A DNA stretch of 24,112 nt, from positions 1-24,112 of the forward strand of contig JBHLLO010000042.1 in NCBI GenBank assembly GCA_048885535.1, written 5' to 3'. A program made the translations under genes and the position numbers. The stretch is from Candidatus Hermodarchaeota archaeon (GTDB lineage Archaea; Asgardarchaeota; Lokiarchaeia; Sigyniarchaeales; SOKP01). Under the pieces are notes generated by a model. That model was not told the origin of the DNA, searched no databases, and saw nothing but the letters and a program-made list of their open reading frames with translations. Every line of letters begins with the position of its first letter. Position 1 is the stretch's first letter. Shown one piece after another: positions 16,729 through 24,112 of this stretch.

Positions 16729-17865
16729 TTAGATTAAGCTCTCTTTTACCTCTTCGTGATGACAGAAGTTAATTGATTGATTCAACTTGGTAATAAGTTT
16801 AATGTTTTTTAAGACTTTGACATAGGAAGCTAATATAACTAAATCTTCATTGTGTCCTTTTAATTGAACGTTTTCTTCAAGAAGACAATTGTCAGATATT
16901 ATTGAGTTTTCAATAGTGACATTTTTTGATATATAGGTTTCATTATATATCAGGGATTCTCTGATTCGGGCATTTTTTTCTATGTATACATTATCTCCGA
17001 TAATAACATTTGGACCAATGGTACTATTTGCTCTAATAATAACCTTTTCCCCAATTACACAGGGATGGATTATTTTGCTGGTTGGATTAATATCCGCTGA
17101 ACCATCAATCAAAGACTTTCTTTTTTCCTTTAAATTCTCCAAAATGTCATTCATCAGTAAAATACTCCCATGTAGTAGATCATAAGGTTTTCCAATATCT
17201 TTCCAAATACCAGTGATTGGAAAATGATATAATTTATTATCAGCAGCTAATTTATGAAAAATATCTCTTTCCATTGAGATCTTTTTGTTAGGTTCAATAT
17301 ATGAAAGAATTTCTGGTTCTAATAGATACACACCTGCATTAATGGGCATAGGAACATGTTTTCCGTCAGGGGGGGAATATTCCTCTTTTTCAAGGAATTT
17401 ATTAAGTTGATTAGTCTTCTGATTTGTTATTAAGACTCCATATGGAGAAGGATCTTCTACTATTTTGCTTGCAATTGTGCCTATTGCCTTACAGTTTACA
17501 TGAAAATCAAGCATATCTTTAAAGTCAAAGTTTAGAATGACATCTCCATTTAACATGAAGAAATTCTCATTTTTCAGATGAGATTCAGCTAACTTAATTG
17601 CTCCGGCTGTTCCCATAGGATGTTTTTCGTTTGTATAATGAATTTTTACTCCTAACTTCTCACCATCTTTGAAATAATTTTGTACTACATCAGACATTAC
17701 ACTTACAGCTAGTATTATTTCTTTAATACCAGCAGATTTCAATAGCAAGATCTGCCTTTCAATAACAGGTTTATTAACTACTGGTATTAGAGATTTAGGA
17801 ATCGTGCATGTTAGGGGTCTTAAACGCGTTCCCCATCCACCAGATAAAATTATTCCTTTAGTCAT
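16729..17865 (-). CDS. NDP-sugar pyrophosphorylase (mannose-1-phosphate guanylyltransferase/GCD1 family) with left-handed beta-helix
   Basis: ILSGGWGTRLRPLT..PK, E..PMGTAGA, LNGD, INAGVY, WKDIG; hexapeptide repeats at the C-terminus. Confidence 0.93.
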   Translation of the reverse strand: MTKGIILSGGWGTRLRPLTCTIPKSLIPVVNKPVIERQILLLKSAGIKEIILAVSVMSDVVQNYFKDGEKLGVKIHYTNEKHPMGTAGAIKLAESHLKNENFFMLNGDVILNFDFKDMLDFHVNCKAIGTIASKIVEDPSPYGVLITNQKTNQLNKFLEKEEYSPPDGKHVPMPINAGVYLLEPEILSYIEPNKKISMERDIFHKLAADNKLYHFPITGIWKDIGKPYDLLHGSILLMNDILENLKEKRKSLIDGSADINPTSKIIHPCVIGEKVIIRANSTIGPNVIIGDNVYIEKNARIRESLIYNETYISKNVTIENSIISDNCLLEENVQLKGHNEDLVILASYVKVLKNIKLITKLNQSINFCHHEEVKESLI

Positions 17866-18004
17866 TTCATAAGCCGTTTATGTGAGTACTTGTAAGTAAT
17901 TAATATTTTCTAAAAAAAATTTAGGTTTATATTAAAAAAAATTTCGATATTGTCTACTAATTGTAGCAACATAGAATTAGCAGAAAATCTGAAAGAAATT
18001 CTAT

Positions 18005-19300
18005 TTAAATATCACCTGAATCTTCAACTGTTTTTTCTTCTTCTACTTCATAAACATGTTCATACCTAACAGAGCGAACGTTAGTAAAAAAGACTATAAT
18101 AACAACTGTTAATATGATTAATGAAGCAAAAGTTAAAAAAAGAGGTACAATCCCCATTAACGCTGCAAAAGTGCCCGCTACTAAACTTCCTGGAGGTATT
18201 ACAAACCAAGCTAATGAAACGACAATTGACATTACTTTCCCTTGCTTTTCCGGTGGGACATGTAATTGGATAATCGTTAAAAAATTTGTATTAATCAATG
18301 GAGTCATTGCGGCACGCATCATCCCGCCAATACCTATTATAGTAAAATTCCCTATTGGAGAAAGTGCAGACATGAAGTAGCCAACAGCAGAAATAAGAAT
18401 GCATCCTGTAATCACTAATACCCTATTCTTATAATCTTTTTTTATTGTTGCTATTACTGCTCCAAGAACCATTCCTATTTGCATTAATCCTATTACAAAA
18501 GCATAAGCGACTCCACTTTGATCTCCATAATGAATATCTGATATAAATACGGGCAGTAGTGTGCCAAAAGGAACACCTAAAAAGTTTACTACTGAAATAA
18601 GTACTAATAAAATTACTAATCCCGGAACTTTCTTAAGTCCTCGAATGCCTTGTCTAAAGTCCTTAATAAAAGAAAAGGATTCCTTTTTAACGTTATTTTG
18701 TTTAACTTCTGGAATTTTAATTAATATAAGGGGAATTATTGCTATAAAAAATGTTATTATATCAACCCATAAAACTGAAGCAATTGGTAAGAAACCATAA
18801 AGAAGTGCTCCAACAGCAGGTCCAGCAATATGAACAAGTCCATTAACCCCATAATCAATAGCGTTCATTCTACTTAACTTATCCTTAGGAATCATTAATG
18901 GGATTATAGCTTTTACTGTTGGGAAATGAAATGCTTGACATATTCCTCGAAGACTGTTAATTAGAATCACAAGCATGACATCTTCTATTCTAAAAAAGAA
19001 GATCAGTACCAAAAAGAATGTAATAAACGCTTGCATTGAATCTGCAATCGCTATAATATACTTTCTGTTCCATTTGTCGATAAAAACACCAGCAATAGGG
19101 CTTAGTACTATTAATGGAAGCATTCCCAAGAAGTTTGTAAGCCCAAGTAAAAAAGCAGCTAAATTTCGATCGGGTGTAATAACATTAATCCACCATATAA
19201 GAACAAAATGTACTATTGATGAACCAAGTAAAGAAAATAGTTGGCCTCCCCAAAAGAAAAGGTAATTCTTAAAAGTACCACTTGTTGCTATAGAACTCAT
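18005..19300 (-). CDS. MFS transporter (MefA/DHA3-like)
   Basis: About 12 TM; 'FWGGQLFSLLGS', 'AGVFIDKWNRK', 'FHFPT..AIIP', 'VPPEKQGKV'. Confidence 0.93.
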   Translation of the reverse strand: MSSIATSGTFKNYLFFWGGQLFSLLGSSIVHFVLIWWINVITPDRNLAAFLLGLTNFLGMLPLIVLSPIAGVFIDKWNRKYIIAIADSMQAFITFFLVLIFFFRIEDVMLVILINSLRGICQAFHFPTVKAIIPLMIPKDKLSRMNAIDYGVNGLVHIAGPAVGALLYGFLPIASVLWVDIITFFIAIIPLILIKIPEVKQNNVKKESFSFIKDFRQGIRGLKKVPGLVILLVLISVVNFLGVPFGTLLPVFISDIHYGDQSGVAYAFVIGLMQIGMVLGAVIATIKKDYKNRVLVITGCILISAVGYFMSALSPIGNFTIIGIGGMMRAAMTPLINTNFLTIIQLHVPPEKQGKVMSIVVSLAWFVIPPGSLVAGTFAALMGIVPLFLTFASLIILTVVIIVFFTNVRSVRYEHVYEVEEEKTVEDSGDI

Positions 19301-19388
19301 GTTTGTTTTGATAAGGATAAAATCTTAATAATGTAAAAAATAAAGTTTCATATTTGTAGTTTTTGAGCTTGAAGTTAAATTGAACTAT

Positions 19389-21161
19389 TTATTTATTATA
19401 TAATTGGTCTGCTTCTTGAAGTACCCTTCTTTGCACTTTTCCTAAAATATTTTTAGGTATCTCACCAACAAACTCTATGTATTTTGGTATTTTCCAGTGA
19501 GTCATGTTTTCTTCAGCCCATTTTATAATATCTTGTTCTGTAACCTTACCAAGATAATCTGCCTTTATTGAAACCCATGCTTTAGCGATTTCTCCTACCT
19601 TTCCTTCAGGATCGGGTAACCCAGCAACTGCAGCCTCAGAGACTGCTTCATGCTTCATAAGCATCGTCTCAATCTCTGAAGGAAACACAGAATGACCAGC
19701 AACTTTGATCAATTGCTTTTTTCTATCCATTAAGGTAATGGTACCATCTTCATGCATATAGCCAATATCTCCAGTTCTTAGCCAGATTTTTCCATCCCAT
19801 TGTTGTAGTGTCTCCTGAGTTTCTTCTGGTTGGTCTAGATACTCTATCATAACTTGTGGACCACAAACGCAGACTTCTCCAATATTTTTAATTCCATATT
19901 TTGAGTTAGGAAGTCCATCTGCAATAGGTCCATTTTCAAGTGATGGAGCTCCAGCATCAAATATGCCCCAATCTGTTCCTGGTAAAGGCATACCAATTGT
20001 ACCTATTGGGCTCTCACCAAACAAATTACCAGCACTAACAACAGGACCTGCTTCTGATAATCCGTATCCTTCTACAATCCTCCCACCTGTTTTTTTCTCA
20101 AATGCATCTCTTACTGGAGCATGTAGAGGTCCAGCTCCAGATACATTTAATTTCATCTTTCCCATCAATTTTGGGAACTTCTTTAAATATGGATAATCAG
20201 CTATCCTTTTAAATAGTATTTCTGCTCCAGCATAAGCAAGACCTTGAGGAGCAGGTAATTTATCTATAGTTTTAAGTAATTCTTCCGTAGATGGAGGTCT
20301 AGCAAACAGCATCATCCATCCTCCAAGACCTATTGCTACATTCATGACAGCAGTCATAGCAAATGAATGAAATAGAGGTAAAACGCCTACATCACCTATA
20401 CCAGGTTGTTCTCCTCCAAAAATTTCTACTATCTGTTTTACATTAGATACTAAATTGAAATGTGTCAAAACGGTAGCCTTAGGAACACCTGTAGTTCCTC
20501 CAGTCATAATGTAAGTCGCTGTGTGGGTTGAAGGATCAAAACTAACGGGCTGAATATTTGATGGTGTATTCAAAAGTTCCAAAAATTTATATGATGGTTC
20601 AAAGTCAACTTTTCCAGAAGGTATTCTTCCAAGCATTCTTCCTACAATTTTTTTAATACCTTTAATTCCCGGTGCTAAATCAATTACATTAGTATAGATT
20701 ACTAACTTTACTTCAGTTTTGTCAATAATAGGTGCCGCTAAATCCTTGTAAAGAGAATCTAATACAATTAGTACTTTTGCTTTTGTTAATTCGAGATGAT
20801 GTCGTACTTCCAGAGGTTTATATGTGGGGTTTATTCCAGTAGATATTACTCCAAGTTTTGCACATGCATAGAAAGCAATAACATATTGAAAGCAATTAGG
20901 TAATAATAGTGCGACTACTTCATTTTTCCCAATTCCAAGATTTTGGAGCGCTGTTGCGAAAGAATCAATATATTTTCCTGCTTCGTCATATGTCATCCAA
21001 GTTTCTAAAAACCACATCAAACTATTGTTAGAATACTTTTTTCTTTGCTTTTCAAAAAACTCTCCAAGGCTAATATTTTCGAATTCTGTATTAAATGGTA
21101 CTCCTTCAGGCCACCAATGATGAAACCAACTTTTATTCTCATCAACATGAAATTTTTTCAT
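19389..21161 (-). CDS. Long-chain acyl-CoA synthetase (AMP-binding superfamily)
   Basis: TGGTTGVPK, LPLFHSF, EGYGLSE, RTGDIG, DRKKQLI, PKN..GK. Start set at ATG 21161 after SD GAGGGG. Confidence 0.95.
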   Translation of the reverse strand: MKKFHVDENKSWFHHWWPEGVPFNTEFENISLGEFFEKQRKKYSNNSLMWFLETWMTYDEAGKYIDSFATALQNLGIGKNEVVALLLPNCFQYVIAFYACAKLGVISTGINPTYKPLEVRHHLELTKAKVLIVLDSLYKDLAAPIIDKTEVKLVIYTNVIDLAPGIKGIKKIVGRMLGRIPSGKVDFEPSYKFLELLNTPSNIQPVSFDPSTHTATYIMTGGTTGVPKATVLTHFNLVSNVKQIVEIFGGEQPGIGDVGVLPLFHSFAMTAVMNVAIGLGGWMMLFARPPSTEELLKTIDKLPAPQGLAYAGAEILFKRIADYPYLKKFPKLMGKMKLNVSGAGPLHAPVRDAFEKKTGGRIVEGYGLSEAGPVVSAGNLFGESPIGTIGMPLPGTDWGIFDAGAPSLENGPIADGLPNSKYGIKNIGEVCVCGPQVMIEYLDQPEETQETLQQWDGKIWLRTGDIGYMHEDGTITLMDRKKQLIKVAGHSVFPSEIETMLMKHEAVSEAAVAGLPDPEGKVGEIAKAWVSIKADYLGKVTEQDIIKWAEENMTHWKIPKYIEFVGEIPKNILGKVQRRVLQEADQLYNK

Positions 21162-21294
21162 AAATATTACCCCTCTTAATAATATTTTTTTCATTCCAAT
21201 TTTTTTAGGGTACAAATAATATTTTAAAGGGACTTTAATATAAAAAGTTTATAAGAATTTGCTGAAAATTCTAAAGAATGAGTTTTGAATGGTT

Positions 21295-22407
21295 TTAAAG
21301 GTCATCTGTAACCTTTTTTGTAAAATAAAATACTCCTGGCTCAACGCCTCTTTTTTCAGCAATTTTATAGAATAATAGTTGGATTATAATAATTTCCATT
21401 ATTGGTGCTAAATGAGGTTCTTTAACATTATGTTTATAGACTAAAACTTTAGAATTATTATGCATCTCTTCAAGTCTTTTATCAAAATTCTGATTAGTTA
21501 TATGCAGAATTTTTTTAGATTTCCATTTACTTATTAGGTGATCAAGGAATTTACTACTTAATTGTAGATTATTTTCATCCGCAGTAATTAATATTATATT
21601 AGTGTCATCGTTAAGGCATTCAATCCCTCCATGACGGAATGTAGATATTGAACTAGCTTCAGAATATACTTTAATAATCTCTTTACAATTTAAAGCAGCT
21701 TGATGAGCAGTAACCATCGAAGAACCACGAGATAAAATTTCAATGAAACTTATATCATGACCAAAAAAATTCACAAGATCATTCCAAATTTTATCCAATC
21801 TCTCATCATTACTTATTAAGGAGTCTATTTCGTTAATCAATTCCTCGATATTTTCATGTTCTTTTTCCTGCAAAAAAAATTCTCCTATAATTGTTTTTGC
21901 CATAACAAATAATAATAATAGTGTACAAACGTAGCTTTTTGAAGTAACAGATGTTTCTTTAGCGAAATTCATTAGGATTTGCAATTCTGTCATTGAAGCG
22001 AGATAACTATTAGGGTCATTCGTAATCCCTATAGTAAGAGGGGTATCTTCAATCGAATTAATTTTACGTAATAATTCTCTAATTTCACCAGATTCGCCAG
22101 ACTGAGAGATAATGACTATTGCTGTATTACTAAAGATATTTTGTTTTTTTTCTGGAAATAAATTAAACAGAAATTCTCCAGAATCTCGAATTTCAGTAGT
22201 TATTCCATATTGATTTAAAATATAATAGGGTAAATAGGTACTAATAAAACTTGATCCCATTCCTGTAAAAATAAGTTTATTTATGCCGCCTTTTTTAATG
22301 AAATCCTTTACAATGAGGAATTGAGATTTTCCCTCATTCAAAATGTAATTTAATGTGTCTCTTAACGCTTGAGGTTGTGATTTTATCTCTGCTAAAAACT
22401 TATTCAT
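21295..22407 (-). CDS. Double-SIS-domain phosphosugar isomerase/deaminase (GlmS C-terminal/AgaS/FrlB-like)
   Basis: EIKSQP, GMGSS, ISQSGES, ITN, TSKSY, ALNCKE, FRHG, C-terminal KKVT; no glutaminase domain. Confidence 0.9.
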   Translation of the reverse strand: MNKFLAEIKSQPQALRDTLNYILNEGKSQFLIVKDFIKKGGINKLIFTGMGSSFISTYLPYYILNQYGITTEIRDSGEFLFNLFPEKKQNIFSNTAIVIISQSGESGEIRELLRKINSIEDTPLTIGITNDPNSYLASMTELQILMNFAKETSVTSKSYVCTLLLLFVMAKTIIGEFFLQEKEHENIEELINEIDSLISNDERLDKIWNDLVNFFGHDISFIEILSRGSSMVTAHQAALNCKEIIKVYSEASSISTFRHGGIECLNDDTNIILITADENNLQLSSKFLDHLISKWKSKKILHITNQNFDKRLEEMHNNSKVLVYKHNVKEPHLAPIMEIIIIQLLFYKIAEKRGVEPGVFYFTKKVTDDL

Positions 22408-22486
22408 AAGTAATAATAAAAAGAAATATAAAATAAAATTAATTTAAAGTATTCAGATTAAAATATCTAATTGAGTTATATATAAT

Positions 22487-22861
22487 ATGATTTGTATACA
22501 TGGTCTTGATAAGAATAACTGTCCAGTTTGTCGAATTTCTATTAATACAAGACCCGTGAATGGCATTAATTTAGATATAATTAACGTTAATTCTTTAAAA
22601 CCAGTTAATCCTTTTTTTAAACACCATTTCGAGAATAAAAACAAATCTGAAAAAGAGTTATTATTTAATCAAAATAGTCGAAATTATACTGATATGCTTA
22701 ACATTCCAAAACCTAAAATTCCAAGCCAGATATGGAACTCTGAAAATAGGATTTTTCTTGAAAAACTCGAAAAAGTTAATATTAATAATTTTGATAAGTT
22801 TGGAGTTTCAAAAAAAATACCTTTAACAAAAAAGGAATTAAATCTTGAGAATAAAGAATAA
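22487..22861 (+). CDS. Hypothetical protein with N-terminal CxH-x5-CxxC putative zinc site
   Basis: MICIHGLDKNNCPVC followed by an Asn/Lys/Pro-rich tail. Confidence 0.7.
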   Translation: MICIHGLDKNNCPVCRISINTRPVNGINLDIINVNSLKPVNPFFKHHFENKNKSEKELLFNQNSRNYTDMLNIPKPKIPSQIWNSENRIFLEKLEKVNINNFDKFGVSKKIPLTKKELNLENKE

Positions 22862-22987
22862 GTCCTCTCCTAAGTTTATCACACTAATTTATATATTTCA
22901 TAGACAATTATTTTGAACACATCTATTTAAATCATCATTGCAAATAATAATTATAACCCAATTTAAATTTCTAAAAGGTGAAATTTT

Positions 22988-23635
22988 TTGGAAGCACAGA
23001 TGGAGATCTTTTGGTTAGATCATGCTGCGTTTAAAATTAAAATGTTTAGTGGAGTTGTTATTTATTTAGATCCATATAATATTAAAGATAATGAAGAAAA
23101 AGCAGATATCATAGTAAGCTCTCATACCCATGGTGATCATTTTTCTAAGAAAGATATACAAAAAATTTGGAAAGAAAATACTATTTTAATTGGACCCACA
23201 AGTATTGCAAGCAGCTTAAAAGAATTCAATGGAAAAGCTCTCAGAATTGAGGACAGCCTTGACTATAAAGATTTTAGTATAGAATTAGTTCCTGCGTATA
23301 CTATAAAAAAAGCTACACACCCTAAGAGTAACGGATGGTCTGGAACTATTATTGAATCCGCGGGAAAAAGTGTTTATCATGCTGGAGATACTGAAAGAAT
23401 TCCCGAAATGAAAGAATTGGCTAAAAGGAATATAACAGTTGCATTATTACCTTGCGGAGGTACATATACTATGGACTTCGAGGAATCAACCGACGCAGCT
23501 GTGGACATTCAACCTGAAATCGTAGTCCCAATGCATACATGGGGAGCAAATCTAAATAAATATAAAGAAATAATGAATAAGAAAGATCCAAATATTAGAG
23601 TCGAGATTCTAGAAAATAAGTCCCTAAAAATATAA
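22988..23635 (+). CDS. Metallo-beta-lactamase-fold hydrolase (UPF0173/UlaG-like)
   Basis: HAAF, YLDPY, SHTHGDH, YHAGDT, PMH; SD AGGTGA 6 nt before TTG. Confidence 0.92.
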   Translation: MEAQMEIFWLDHAAFKIKMFSGVVIYLDPYNIKDNEEKADIIVSSHTHGDHFSKKDIQKIWKENTILIGPTSIASSLKEFNGKALRIEDSLDYKDFSIELVPAYTIKKATHPKSNGWSGTIIESAGKSVYHAGDTERIPEMKELAKRNITVALLPCGGTYTMDFEESTDAAVDIQPEIVVPMHTWGANLNKYKEIMNKKDPNIRVEILENKSLKI

Positions 23636-23639
23636 ACTC

Positions 23640-23673
23640 ATTTAACTTTTTTACTTTCTTTTTTTACTCTTTT
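23640..23673 (+). terminator. Probable archaeal oligo-T terminator
   Basis: Several T4-T7 runs directly after the MBL stop codon. Confidence 0.5.
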
Positions 23674-23738
23674 ACAAAAAGGTTATATAATATATGATCA
23701 TAGTATAAACCAATTCTTTTTTTTTTTGGTGATTGAAG

Positions 23739-24112
23739 ATAGAAAGTACAAAGATTGTTGATTTAATATTCAAAATCCTTTTACTGTCAATAGGGATTAT
23801 CCTGGATATTTTTATAATACTATTTTATAGCAACCATACATATTTGGGTAGGATATTATATCTCACAGGTATATTTCTTGGACCTATTTCTACAGTTCTT
23901 GGAATTTCTATGATATTACCTAGTAGGCGCTCTAAAAGGATTTATTGGGTTACTGCTGGATGTGCTCTTGGTGGATTCTCGATATATCTTGGGATTTACT
24001 TCTTACTTACGTCATTTTTTTCAATACCTCAACATGTTTACTCTTTTTTACCTTATCTTTTATACCTTATCCCCTACATTCTTATTATAGGGGGAACAAT
24101 TTTGATTATAGG
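23739..24112 (+). CDS. Polytopic membrane protein, partial (runs off window end); start ATA 23739 or TTG 23733
   Basis: Open frame IESTKIVDLIFKILLLSIGIILDIFIILFYSNHTYLGRILYLTGIFLGPISTVLGISMILPSRRSKRIYWVTAGCALGGFSIYLGIYFLL...; about four hydrophobic segments; SD GGTGA at 23728-23732. Confidence 0.75.
   Translation, partial: MESTKIVDLIFKILLLSIGIILDIFIILFYSNHTYLGRILYLTGIFLGPISTVLGISMILPSRRSKRIYWVTAGCALGGFSIYLGIYFLLTSFFSIPQHVYSFLPYLLYLIPYILIIGGTILII

Noticed and set aside
21162-21215. Longer N-terminus of the acyl-CoA ligase given by the ORF track
   Set aside because: SD GAGGGG precedes ATG 21161; the extension looks like UTR.
2266-22407. PfkB kinase plus SIS protein as an FrlD/FrlB-type pathway
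   Set aside because: About 18 kb apart with no operon link; substrates cannot be inferred.
15363-22407. Minus-strand run (SIS, acyl-CoA ligase, MFS, NDP-sugar enzyme, LRR) as a glycolipid operon
   Set aside because: Most gaps are ~90-140 nt AT-rich stretches able to hold separate promoters; no glycosyl- or acyltransferase present.
1324-22644. Short antisense ORFs in the track (1324, 4414, 4816, 5530, 6508, 7181, 9053, 13601, 14315, 15388, 16066, 16982, 18114, 18561, 18975, 19963, 22453)
   Set aside because: All overlap well-supported genes on the opposite strand and lack motifs; shadow ORFs.

Overview
AT-rich archaeal chromosomal window, almost certainly Asgard (Lokiarchaeia-like). The assignment rests on a compact ESCRT locus (ESCRT-III Vps2/24/46-type, Vps4, Vps25-like and Vps22/36-like ESCRT-II), two Rab-like small GTPase domains, LRR proteins and a tRNA-Gly(GCC) with a bulge-helix-bulge intron. 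Other genes: crotonase (partial), PfkB kinase, Nip7, Nop2/RsmB-type methyltransferase, CYTH cyclase, large HD hydrolase, NDP-sugar pyrophosphorylase, MFS transporter, acyl-CoA ligase, SIS protein and MBL hydrolase. The most unusual items are these. (1) A Rab-like GTPase-LRR-~8TM fusion with Leu at the catalytic Gln position, tail-to-tail with a HEAT-LRR gene. (2) Repeated apparent use of AUC/AUA/AUU start codons behind well-placed Shine-Dalgarno motifs, including for Vps4, whose MIT domain is otherwise truncated. (3) Two unannotated microproteins: one tail-anchored downstream of ESCRT-III, one preceded by TGCTA/TAGCA inverted repeats. No mobile element or CRISPR array was seen. All calls come from motif recognition by eye; no searches were run.
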